Source: Burkholderiales bacterium
GTDB lineage: Bacteria > Pseudomonadota > Gammaproteobacteria > Burkholderiales > Burkholderiaceae_D
Assembly (NCBI GenBank): GCA_038245975.1
Contig: JBBRRW010000001.1
Location: 1-50,738 of the forward strand
DNA length: 50,738 bases
Direction of reading: 5' to 3'
In this document: positions 20,074 to 28,764 of the stretch, piece by piece
Layout: every line of letters begins with the position of its first letter
Numbering within the stretch: position 1 is the stretch's first letter
Made by a program: the position numbers and the translations under genes
The notes under the pieces: generated by a model
What the model was told of the DNA's origin: nothing
The model's input: only the letters and a program-made list of their open reading frames with translations
The model's database searches: none

Positions 20074-21944
20074 ATCGGTCCGTGACGCCGGGTCGCATCG
20101 CGTTCGCGATCGCGCTGGTCGTTCTCGTCGTGCTGCCGCAGATCCCGCAGACGCCGGAGTTCTGGATCACGCTGATGAACTACATCGGGCTGGCGAGCCT
20201 GGTGGTGCTTGGCCTGGTGCTGCTGACCGGCGTCGGTGGCCTCACGTCGTTCGGGCAGGCCGCATTCGTCGGCATCGGCGCGTACATGAGCGGCTACCTG
20301 ACCACGGTCTATCACCTGTCGCCGTGGCTGACCCTGCCTGCGGGACTGCTCGCGACCGGGCTGATCGCGCTCGTCACCGGCCTCGTCACGCTGCGGCTGT
20401 CGGGGCACTACCTGCCGCTCGGCACGATCGCGTGGGGCATCAGCCTCTACTTCCTGTTCGGCAACATGGACTTCCTCGGCAAGTACGACGGCCTCAATGG
20501 CCTCCCGTCGATCACGCTGTTCGGCTGGTCGTTCGAGAAGGGTCGCGACATCTACTACCTGATCTGGCTGTTCGTGGTGGCCAGCATCCTGGCGGTGCAG
20601 GCACTGCTCGACTCGCGGCCGGGCCGCGCCATCCGTGCGTTGCGCGGCGGTGCCGGCATGGCCGAGTCGTTCGGCGTCAACACGACGCGCGTCAAGATCG
20701 TGGTGTTCGTCTACGCGGCGCTGCTGGCGTCGATCTCGGGCTGGCTCTACGCGCACCTGCAGCGCTCCATCAACCCGACGCCGTTCGGCATCAACGCGGG
20801 CATCGAGTACCTGTTCATGGCGGTGGTCGGCGGCGCGGCGCACGTGTGGGGCGCGCTGCTCGGTGCGGGTGTGGTGACGATCGCGCGCGACCAGTTGCAG
20901 GACTGGCTGCCGCGGCTGCTCGGCACCAACGGGAACTTCGAGATCATCGTGTTCGGCGTGCTGCTGGTGATCCTGCTGCAACGCGCGCCGCAGGGACTGT
21001 GGCCGATCATCACCGGCCTGTTCCAGCGCGGCAGCGCACGCGGCACCGACGAGGCCGACATCGGCCGCGAGCTCGGGACCACCGCGACGACCGGAACCGT
21101 GACGGTCCGTGCCGTCCGCGAGGCCGAGCCGCTGCCGAAGCGCGCACGTCCCGCGGCCGGCGACGTGGTCCTCGAGGTCAAGGCCATCCGCAAGGAGTTC
21201 GGCGGGCTGGTCGCGGTCAACGACATCAGCTTCAAGGTTCGCGCCGGCGAGATCATGGGGCTGATCGGTCCCAACGGCGCGGGCAAGAGCACGACCTTCA
21301 ACCTCGTCACCGGCGTGCTGCCGATCACGCGCGGCGAAGTACTGTTTCGCGGCGACCGCATCGACGGCGCGCTGGCGCGGCAGATCAGCGCGAAGGGGGT
21401 CGGCCGCACCTTCCAGCACGTGCAGCTGCTGCCCGGCATGACGGTGCTCGACAACGTCGCGCTGGGTGCGCACCTGCGTTCGTCGGTCGGCATGCTGCGT
21501 GCGTCGCTGCGGCTCGACCGCAAGGAAGAGGCGCGGCTGCGCCACGAGGCCGCGACGCAGTTGAAACGCGTCGGCCTCGGCAACTACCTGTTCGAGCAGG
21601 CCGGCAATCTCGCGCTCGGCCAGCAGCGCATCGTCGAGATCGCGCGCGCACTTGCTTCTGACCCGGTCTTGCTGCTGCTCGACGAACCAGCGGCCGGTCT
21701 GCGCTACAAGGAGAAGGTCGCGCTCGCGGGCGTGCTGAAGCAGCTGCGTGCCGAAGGCATGAGCATCCTGCTGGTCGAGCACGACATGGAGTTCGTGATG
21801 GGCCTCACCGACCACCTGGTCGTGATGGAGTTCGGCAGCAAGCTCGCCGAGGGCCTGCCGAAGGAGATCCAGAGCAATCCGAAGGTGCTCGAGGCCTATC
21901 TCGGCGGCATCGATGATGACCTCGCACCGGAGCAACCGGCATGA
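20070..21944 (+). CDS. Fused ABC permease/ATPase (LivM-LivG-like)
   Basis: N-terminal TM domain ([21 protein letters not shown]) plus [23 protein letters not shown] and LVEHDM. Confidence 0.9.
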   Translation: MNRSVTPGRIAFAIALVVLVVLPQIPQTPEFWITLMNYIGLASLVVLGLVLLTGVGGLTSFGQAAFVGIGAYMSGYLTTVYHLSPWLTLPAGLLATGLIALVTGLVTLRLSGHYLPLGTIAWGISLYFLFGNMDFLGKYDGLNGLPSITLFGWSFEKGRDIYYLIWLFVVASILAVQALLDSRPGRAIRALRGGAGMAESFGVNTTRVKIVVFVYAALLASISGWLYAHLQRSINPTPFGINAGIEYLFMAVVGGAAHVWGALLGAGVVTIARDQLQDWLPRLLGTNGNFEIIVFGVLLVILLQRAPQGLWPIITGLFQRGSARGTDEADIGRELGTTATTGTVTVRAVREAEPLPKRARPAAGDVVLEVKAIRKEFGGLVAVNDISFKVRAGEIMGLIGPNGAGKSTTFNLVTGVLPITRGEVLFRGDRIDGALARQISAKGVGRTFQHVQLLPGMTVLDNVALGAHLRSSVGMLRASLRLDRKEEARLRHEAATQLKRVGLGNYLFEQAGNLALGQQRIVEIARALASDPVLLLLDEPAAGLRYKEKVALAGVLKQLRAEGMSILLVEHDMEFVMGLTDHLVVMEFGSKLAEGLPKEIQSNPKVLEAYLGGIDDDLAPEQPA

Positions 21945-22714
21945 GCGCGACCGTCGAACCGATCCTGTCGGTGCGTGGCCTGTCGGCGCGCTACGGGAAG
22001 GTCACGGCGCTCGCGAGCACCGACCTCGATGTCGCGCCCGGCAAGATCGTCACGGTGATCGGCGCGAACGGCGCCGGCAAGTCGACGCTGCTCAACGCGT
22101 TGATGGGCTCGCTGCCGACCAATGGCCATTGCTCCGGCGCGATTCACTACGAAGGCAAGGCGGTCGAGCTGCAGGGCTGCGAGCAACGCGTCGCCGCCGG
22201 CATGTCCCTCGTTCCCGAGAAGCGCGAGCTGTTCGGCAGCATGAACGTCGAGGACAACCTGATGCTGGGCGGCTTCCGTCGCTACCGACTGCGGCGCAGC
22301 GACGAGCACAAGCGCTGGGCCGACGAACTCGACCACGTGTTCACGCTGTTCCCGCGTCTGAAAGAGCGGCGCAGGCAGGAGGCCGGCACGCTGTCCGGCG
22401 GCGAGCGGCAGATGCTCGCAGTGGGCCGCGCATTGATGGGCAAGCCGCGCATCCTGATGCTGGACGAGCCGAGCCTCGGCCTGGCGCCGAAGATCGTCCG
22501 CGAGATCTTCCACATCATCGCGGCGCTGCGCGCGACCGGTGTCGCGACGCTGCTGGTCGAGCAGAACGCGCGGGCGGCGCTGCAGGTGGCGGACTATGCG
22601 TACGTGCTGGAGACCGGGTCGGTGACGCTGCAGGGACCGGCGAAGGAACTGGCGAGCAATCCGCGTGTGATCGAGAGCTATCTCGGGCTCGGCGACGCGA
22701 AGCATCGCGAGTAA
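21941..22714 (+). CDS. ABC transporter ATP-binding protein (LivF-like)
   Basis: GANGAGKST, LSGGERQM, LDEPSLGLAP and LVEQN. Confidence 0.92.
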   Translation: MSATVEPILSVRGLSARYGKVTALASTDLDVAPGKIVTVIGANGAGKSTLLNALMGSLPTNGHCSGAIHYEGKAVELQGCEQRVAAGMSLVPEKRELFGSMNVEDNLMLGGFRRYRLRRSDEHKRWADELDHVFTLFPRLKERRRQEAGTLSGGERQMLAVGRALMGKPRILMLDEPSLGLAPKIVREIFHIIAALRATGVATLLVEQNARAALQVADYAYVLETGSVTLQGPAKELASNPRVIESYLGLGDAKHRE

Positions 22715-22720
22715 TACCCC

Positions 22721-23221
22721 ATGCATCTCCAGGTCATCCTCGGCAGCATCCGCGAAGGCCGTCGCTCCGGTCCCGTCGCGCAGTGGGCTTATGGGCAGGC
22801 GCAGGCGCAGATCGCGAAGCACAGCGATCTCACGGTCGAGTTGATCGACCTCAAGGCATGGAAGCTGCCCCTCTTCGACCTCGAACAGTTTCCGTCCGAA
22901 GGCAACGACCAGAACCCGCTGCAGCAGCGCTGGGCCGCGACCATCGCACGGGCCGACGGCTACCTGTTCGTGAGCCCCGAGTACAACCACGGCTACACGG
23001 CGGCGCTGAAGAATGCGCTCGACTCCCTGTACGCCGAATGGAACAGGAAGCCGGCGTCGTTCGTCTCGTTCGGCAATGCCGAGGGCGCGCGCGACATGAC
23101 GGCGAAGATCAGGGACGGTGTCTTTCACGCCGATCCGCGGGAAGACCAGCGCTTCGGCGTCATGTTCGACGAGTGGCTGTGGTGGGCCAACGCGCTGCGG
23201 GCAGCGTGCGCCGGCGCCTGA
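22721..23221 (+). CDS. NADPH-dependent FMN reductase (possibly internally deleted)
   Basis: ILGSIREGR, PEYNHGYTAALKNALD and W.RKP. The helix normally following GAR appears to be missing. Confidence 0.75.
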   Translation: MHLQVILGSIREGRRSGPVAQWAYGQAQAQIAKHSDLTVELIDLKAWKLPLFDLEQFPSEGNDQNPLQQRWAATIARADGYLFVSPEYNHGYTAALKNALDSLYAEWNRKPASFVSFGNAEGARDMTAKIRDGVFHADPREDQRFGVMFDEWLWWANALRAACAGA

Positions 23222-23240
23222 GCAGAGAACGGGCGGCAGC

Positions 23241-24764
23241 ATGGTTCCCGTCACCGGTACCGTCTACGCGGCCCTCCTCAATCATCGCGAGGCGCTCGAG
23301 GCGCTCGGCGATCAGGTCGACGCCGCACCTTACGGCAAGCCACCGGTCGCGCCGATCCTGTACCTGCGTCCCGCCAACACCTGGAGCGCGCACGGTGCGA
23401 CGGTGGCGCTGTCCGACGATGTCGACGCCGTCGACGTCGAGGCGACCATCGGCATCGTGTTCGATCGCGCGACGTCGCATGTGTCGATCGACGACGCGCT
23501 CGATCATGTGCGCGGCTATGTCGTCGTCGCGGACCTGACGGTGCCGCATGCGAGCGTGTATCGGCCCGCGATCCGGCAGCGCAATCGCGACGGGTTCTGC
23601 GTGTTCGGGCCGGAGGTCGTGGCGGTCACACCGGACGACCTCGGCACCTTGCGGATCAGGACGGAAGTCGGCGACGAAATGGTGGCAAACGCGACGACCG
23701 CGAACCTGGTTCGTGACGTCCGCACGCTGATCGTCGAGGTGAGTGCGTTCATGCGCTTCGATGCGGGCGATGTGCTGCTGGTGGGGGCGGTTGGTCTGCC
23801 GGTCCGTGCGCAGCGCGGGCATTTGGTGCGGGTCGAGGTCGACGGGGTCGGCGTGACCAGCTTCCGTATCGCCCCCTCCCCTTCAAGGGAAAGGCTGGGG
23901 AGGGGAGGGGGTCAACCCTTGACAGATCCGGATGCAGTTGAACCCATCCCCCTCCCGACCTCCCCCGTGAAGAGGAAGGTTTCGCGCATTGCGCGAGCAG
24001 GGTTGAGATCGGGCCGCATCGCGTGGCAGGGCGCGATCCACGACGTGACCAAAGCCGACGGCCGCATCCGCCTCGCCGATGGCCGTCTGCTCGACGATGA
24101 CCAGCCGGTGTGGCTGTCGCCGCTGCCGCCCGTGCCGCGCCCGCGCAGCATCTACGCGCTCGGCCTCAACTACGCCGACCACGCGAAGGAACTCGCCTTC
24201 AAGGCGCCCGACGAGCCGCTGATCTTCATGAAGAGCGAGTCGTCGCTGATCGGTCATCGCGGCATCACGCTGCGGCCATCCGACGCGACCTACATGCACT
24301 ACGAATGCGAGCTCGCTGTGGTGATCGGCCGCACCGCGCGCGCCGTCGGACGCGACGACGCGTACGACTTCATCGCCGGCTACACGGTCGCCAACGACTA
24401 CGCGATCCGCGACTATCTCGAGAACTACTACCGCCCGAACCTGAGGGTCAAGAACCGCGAAGGCACGACGCCGATCGGGCCGTGGCTGGTCGATGCCGCC
24501 CTCGTCGACGACCCGATGCAGCTCGCGCTGACGACCCGCGTGAACGGCAAGACCACGCAAGAGGGCTCGACACGCGACATGATTTTCGACCTACCCTTTC
24601 TGGTCGAATACCTGTCGCGCTTCCTCACGCTGAACCCCGGCGACGTCATCCTCACCGGCACGCCCGAAGGCCTGGTCGACACGCCGGTCGGCGCGGTCGT
24701 CGAGACCACCGTCGAAGGCGTCGGCACCCTGATCAACACCATCGCGGCGGACCCCCGCTCCTAG
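23241..24764 (+). CDS. hpaG: HpaG-type bifunctional isomerase/decarboxylase (two FAH-family domains) with a repeat-derived linker
   Basis: N-domain GTVYAALLNHR..PY.KPP.AP.LY.RP.NT...YRP..R...RDGFC and C-domain LGLNYADHAKEL, HYECEL, NDYAIRDYLENYYRPNLRVK, TGTPEG. Confidence 0.85.
   Translation: MVPVTGTVYAALLNHREALEALGDQVDAAPYGKPPVAPILYLRPANTWSAHGATVALSDDVDAVDVEATIGIVFDRATSHVSIDDALDHVRGYVVVADLTVPHASVYRPAIRQRNRDGFCVFGPEVVAVTPDDLGTLRIRTEVGDEMVANATTANLVRDVRTLIVEVSAFMRFDAGDVLLVGAVGLPVRAQRGHLVRVEVDGVGVTSFRIAPSPSRERLGRGGGQPLTDPDAVEPIPLPTSPVKRKVSRIARAGLRSGRIAWQGAIHDVTKADGRIRLADGRLLDDDQPVWLSPLPPVPRPRSIYALGLNYADHAKELAFKAPDEPLIFMKSESSLIGHRGITLRPSDATYMHYECELAVVIGRTARAVGRDDAYDFIAGYTVANDYAIRDYLENYYRPNLRVKNREGTTPIGPWLVDAALVDDPMQLALTTRVNGKTTQEGSTRDMIFDLPFLVEYLSRFLTLNPGDVILTGTPEGLVDTPVGAVVETTVEGVGTLINTIAADPRS
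23874..23979. repeat. REPIN-like imperfect inverted repeat (two ~43-bp arms) inside hpaG
   Basis: Left arm ccctccccttcaagggaaaggctggggaggggagggggtcaac (23874-23916). Reverse complement of the right arm (23937-23979) is ccttcctcttcacgggggaggtcgggagggggatgggttcaac. Confidence 0.8.
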
Positions 24765-24782
24765 CCGCGCCACGAGACCCGC

Positions 24783-26240
24783 ATGATCCATCACCTGATC
24801 GACGGCAAATCCGTCGAAAGCGCCGCCGTCTTCGAGGACCGCAACCCGGCGACCGGCGACGTGATCGCCGAGGTCGCGGCCGGCGCCGAGGCCGAGATCG
24901 ACGCTGCCGTCACGGCTGCGAAGCTGGCCTTTCCGAAGTGGGCCGGCAAGCCCGCGAAGGAACGCGCGAAGATCATGCGCAGGCTGGGCGAGCTGATCGA
25001 GAGGAACGTCAAGGAGATCGCCGAGCTCGAGACCGACGACACCGGCCTGCCGATTCACCAGACGCTGCACCAGCTGATCCCGCGCGCGGCCGACAATTTC
25101 TACTTCTTCAGCGAAGTCGCCACGCGCATGGACGGCAAGTGCTATCCGGTCGATCGCACGATGCTGAACTACACGCTGATCCAGCCGGTCGGCGTGTGCG
25201 GGCTGATCTCGCCGTGGAACGTGCCGTTCATGACGGCGACGTGGAAGGTCGCGCCGTGCCTCGCGCTCGGCAACACGGCGGTGCTGAAGATGAGCGAGCT
25301 GTCGCCGATGACGGCCGACCGTCTCGGCCGGCTCGCGCTCGAGGCCGGCGTGCCGGCGGGCGTGCTCAACATCGTGCACGGCACCGGGCGCGAGGCCGGC
25401 GAGGCGCTGGTCCGGCATCCCGACGTGCGCACGCTGTCCTTCACCGGTGGCACCGTCACCGGCAAACGCATCATGGCGATGGCCGGCCTGAAGAAGCTGT
25501 CGATGGAACTGGGCGGCAAGTCGCCGGTGCTGGTGTTCGAGGACGCGGACCAGGAGCGCGCGCTCGACGCGGCGCTATTCACGATCTTCTCGCTCAACGG
25601 CGAACGCTGCACCGCGGGCTCACGCATCTTCGTCCAGCGCAGCATCTACGACGGCTTCGCGCGGACATTCGCCGAGCGCGCCGACCGCCTCAAGGTCGGC
25701 GACCCGCGCGACCACGATACCCAGCTCGGCTCGATGATCACGCGCGCGCACTGGGAGAAGGTCACCGGCTACATCGAGCTCGCGCGCGACGAGGGCGCGA
25801 CCATCGCGGCCGGCGGCGGCGCTCCCGATTCGGTGCCGTCGCGCGTGGCCAACGGCCACTTCGTGCGGCCGACGGTCATCACCGACGTCGACAACCGCAT
25901 GCGCGTCGCGCAGGAAGAAATCTTCGGCCCGGTCGCATGCCTGATCCCGTTCGACGACGAGGCCGACGGGCTCAGGCTCGCCAACGACATCCCGTACGGG
26001 CTGGCCTCGTACGTGTGGACGCAGGACATCGGCAAGGCCCACCGGCTCGCGGCCGGCATCGAGGCCGGCATGGTGTTCGTCAACAGCCAGAACGTGCGCG
26101 ACCTGCGGCAACCGTTCGGCGGCATCAAGGCGTCGGGTGTCGGTCGCGAGGGCGGCGATGCGAGCTTCGAGACCTTCTGCGAGGTGAAGAACGTGTGCGT
26201 GTCACTGGGGGAGCATCCGATTCCGAAGTGGGGGATGTGA
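24783..26240 (+). CDS. hpaE: 5-carboxymethyl-2-hydroxymuconate semialdehyde dehydrogenase
   Basis: PWNVPFMTATWKVAPCLALGNT, SFTGGT, MELGGKSP, NGERCTAGSR, NSQNVRDLRQPFGG and H.IP.WG terminus. Confidence 0.93.
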   Translation: MIHHLIDGKSVESAAVFEDRNPATGDVIAEVAAGAEAEIDAAVTAAKLAFPKWAGKPAKERAKIMRRLGELIERNVKEIAELETDDTGLPIHQTLHQLIPRAADNFYFFSEVATRMDGKCYPVDRTMLNYTLIQPVGVCGLISPWNVPFMTATWKVAPCLALGNTAVLKMSELSPMTADRLGRLALEAGVPAGVLNIVHGTGREAGEALVRHPDVRTLSFTGGTVTGKRIMAMAGLKKLSMELGGKSPVLVFEDADQERALDAALFTIFSLNGERCTAGSRIFVQRSIYDGFARTFAERADRLKVGDPRDHDTQLGSMITRAHWEKVTGYIELARDEGATIAAGGGAPDSVPSRVANGHFVRPTVITDVDNRMRVAQEEIFGPVACLIPFDDEADGLRLANDIPYGLASYVWTQDIGKAHRLAAGIEAGMVFVNSQNVRDLRQPFGGIKASGVGREGGDASFETFCEVKNVCVSLGEHPIPKWGM

Positions 26241-26280
26241 TGGGAGAACTTCGACTCGAGCAGGTCGGGCGGTGGTGACC

Positions 26281-26631
26281 GTGAGCCTCTACTGCCTGCA
26301 GAAACTCATGTACCACCTCAACCGCGACGCGAAGGTCCGCGACCGCCTGCGCGACGCGCCGTCGGCGCTGCTCGCCGAGTACGACCTCGACACCGCCGAA
26401 CGCAACGCGATCGAGGCGCACGACGTCGGCCTGCTGTACGTGCTGGGCGTCAACGGTCAGTTGCTGATGCACTACGCCGCCTTCATCGGCCTCGGATGGC
26501 CGCAGTACCTGCAGGCGATGCGCGACGGCGTGGTCACCCACGGTCCGGTCCGTGCGGGCATCTATGCGATGACCACGGCGCCGCCGAAGGGCGAGGACAC
26601 GTTCGATTTGCCGGTGCGGTCGGTCCGATGA
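26281..26631 (+). CDS. LigA-like small subunit of an aromatic ring-opening dioxygenase
   Basis: (M)SLY.LQKL.Y.LNRD...YDL...ER.AI...D.G.LY.LGVNGQLLMH. ATGA-coupled to the downstream LigB-like gene. Confidence 0.7.
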   Translation: MSLYCLQKLMYHLNRDAKVRDRLRDAPSALLAEYDLDTAERNAIEAHDVGLLYVLGVNGQLLMHYAAFIGLGWPQYLQAMRDGVVTHGPVRAGIYAMTTAPPKGEDTFDLPVRSVR

Positions 26632-27446
26632 GCCTCGTCTTCTCCGGCATCTGCAGCCACGGCCCCGGCATCACCGGCCGCGCGGCGCACGCCGACGCGC
26701 CGGTGCGCGACGCGTTCTACGCGCAGCTCGATCGCATGCGGCGCGCGATCGAGGACACGAAGCCCGACGCGTTGATCGTCGTCGCGGCCGAGCACTTCGC
26801 CAACTTCTTCATGGACAACATGCCGGCGTTCGCGATGGGCATGGCCGATCATTACGAAGGCCCGATCGAGGACGAGGCTTGGCTGGCGATCCCGCGCACC
26901 CGCGTGCCCGGCAACGCAGCCTTGTCGAAGCGCGTGATCGAGGCGGTGATGCAGGACGTCGACCTGGCCTATGCCGAGGAATGGAAGTTCGATCACGGCA
27001 TCATGGTCCCGCTGCACTTCCTGACGCCGCGCTACGACCTGCCCGTCATCCCGGTCAACATCAACTGCCAGGGCCCGCCGCTGACGCCGCTGTCGCGCGT
27101 GTGGGCCTTCGGTCAGGCGCTGCGCCGCGCGGTCGATGCGCTGCCCGAACGCATCGCGCTGGTGTGCACCGGCGGCATCTCGCACTGGCCGTGCACGCCC
27201 GACTCGGGCAAGGTCAACGAAGCATGGGATCGCGACTTCCTCGACCGCTGGACGCGCAACGACCGCGCCGCGCTGATGGACTACACCGACGCCGACATCT
27301 ATCGCGACGCGGGACAGGGCGGCTTCGAGATCCGCACGCTGATCACCGCAGCGGCGGCCGCCGCCGGCGCGCCGGGCGAAGTGTGGTTCTACGAGCCGAT
27401 CCCGATCTTCGCGGTGGGCTGTACGGTCGCGGTGATGCGGTTGTAG
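26628..27446 (+). CDS. LigB-family (class III) extradiol ring-cleavage dioxygenase
   Basis: SHGPG, EHFANFF, DHG.MVPL, GGISHW, NE.WD.FL and GFEIR metal/catalytic motifs. Confidence 0.88.
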   Translation: MSLVFSGICSHGPGITGRAAHADAPVRDAFYAQLDRMRRAIEDTKPDALIVVAAEHFANFFMDNMPAFAMGMADHYEGPIEDEAWLAIPRTRVPGNAALSKRVIEAVMQDVDLAYAEEWKFDHGIMVPLHFLTPRYDLPVIPVNINCQGPPLTPLSRVWAFGQALRRAVDALPERIALVCTGGISHWPCTPDSGKVNEAWDRDFLDRWTRNDRAALMDYTDADIYRDAGQGGFEIRTLITAAAAAAGAPGEVWFYEPIPIFAVGCTVAVMRL

Positions 27447-27516
27447 ATGGTCGGCTTGCGCGACGTGCAGAAGGACCGGCACCGACCGCACAACCAAGGA
27501 CACAGGAGGAACATCC

Positions 27517-27924
27517 ATGCCGCACATCGTCGTCGAGTACACCGCCAACCTCGGGCCCGCTGCCGACATCGCCGGCCTGCTCGGACAGATCAACCGCTAC
27601 CTGATCGCGCTGCGCACCGATGCGGGCCCGGTGTTTCCGGTCGGCGGCGTTCGCTCGCGCGCGATCGCGCTGACAGACTTCTGCATCGGTGACGGCAGCC
27701 TGGCCGACGCCGCCTTCGTCCACGTCCGCATCACCATCGGCGCGGGCCGCGACGAAGCCGTGAAGAAGCGCATGTACGACGGCCTCTTCGACTTGCTGAA
27801 GTCGCACTTCGCCGGCACGTACGCGACGCGTGGCCTCGCGCTGTCGATGGAAGCGGGCGAGTTCGGCGACGCGGGAACCTGGAAGCACAACAACCTGCAC
27901 GACCGCTACGCGAGGCCCTTATGA
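27517..27924 (+). CDS. hpaF: 5-carboxymethyl-2-hydroxymuconate Delta-isomerase
   Basis: AGGAGG RBS, N-terminal Pro (MPHIVVEYTANL), FP.GG.RSRA, FVH....GAGR and KHNNLH. Confidence 0.9.
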   Translation: MPHIVVEYTANLGPAADIAGLLGQINRYLIALRTDAGPVFPVGGVRSRAIALTDFCIGDGSLADAAFVHVRITIGAGRDEAVKKRMYDGLFDLLKSHFAGTYATRGLALSMEAGEFGDAGTWKHNNLHDRYARPL

Positions 27925-28730
27925 ACGCCAACGCACCCGCCGCGTCGCTCGCGCCGTCGTCCGGCCGTCCCGCGCACTTCGACGAGGCCGAATGGACCGC
28001 GCGGCTGCAGCTCGCGGCCTGCTATCGCATCGTCGCCCATCTCGGCTGGACCGAGCTGATCTACAACCACATCACGTTGCGGCTGCCGTCGCAGGACGGC
28101 GAGGCGGCGCACTTCCTGATCAATCCGTTCGGCCTCCACTACAGCGAGGTCTGCGCATCGAACCTCGTGCGCATCGACCTCGACGGCCGCATCGTCGAGA
28201 ACCCGGGCGTGCCGGCGCGCTGGCCGGTCAACCCGGCCGGCTTCACCGTGCATGCGGCGATTCATCGGTCGATCCCCGGCGCGCACTGCGTGATGCACGT
28301 CCACACCACGGCCGGCATGGCGGTGGCGTGCTCGCGGGACGGCCTGTCGATGAGCAACTTCTACGCGGCGCAACTGCACGGCAAGCTCGCATATCACGAC
28401 TTCGAAGGCATCACGGTCCACGCGGACGAAGGCCCCCGGCTGGTGGCCGCCATCGGCGACCGGCCGGCCGTCATCCTGCGCAACCACGGCCTGCTCGCGT
28501 GGGGCGACACGCTGCCGCGCACGTTGGGCGTGCTGTGGCTGCTCAACCGCGCCTGCGAGATCCAGTTGGCGTCGCTGGCGATGGGCCCGGTGATCGCCGT
28601 CCCCGAGGCGGTCCAGATCGCCTGCACGCGCGACGCGCTGCAGTTCGACCCGCGCTTCGGTGCGGGCCAGGACGTGTTCGATGCGCTGACCCGGCAGGTC
28701 GATCGCATCGATCGGGGCTGGCGCGCCTGA
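27921..28730 (+). CDS. Class II aldolase/adducin family protein
   Basis: LAACYR, ELIYNHIT, FLINPFGL, GFTVHAAIH, CVMHVHT and LRNHGLL. Confidence 0.9.
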   Translation: MNANAPAASLAPSSGRPAHFDEAEWTARLQLAACYRIVAHLGWTELIYNHITLRLPSQDGEAAHFLINPFGLHYSEVCASNLVRIDLDGRIVENPGVPARWPVNPAGFTVHAAIHRSIPGAHCVMHVHTTAGMAVACSRDGLSMSNFYAAQLHGKLAYHDFEGITVHADEGPRLVAAIGDRPAVILRNHGLLAWGDTLPRTLGVLWLLNRACEIQLASLAMGPVIAVPEAVQIACTRDALQFDPRFGAGQDVFDALTRQVDRIDRGWRA

Positions 28731-28764
28731 TCGTCATCACCAACCCACCGGACCCCTTCGAACC

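Noticed and set aside
20070-21944. Permease-ATPase fusion as a novelty
   Set aside because: LivM-LivG fusions are common in betaproteobacterial aromatic-acid ABC transporters.
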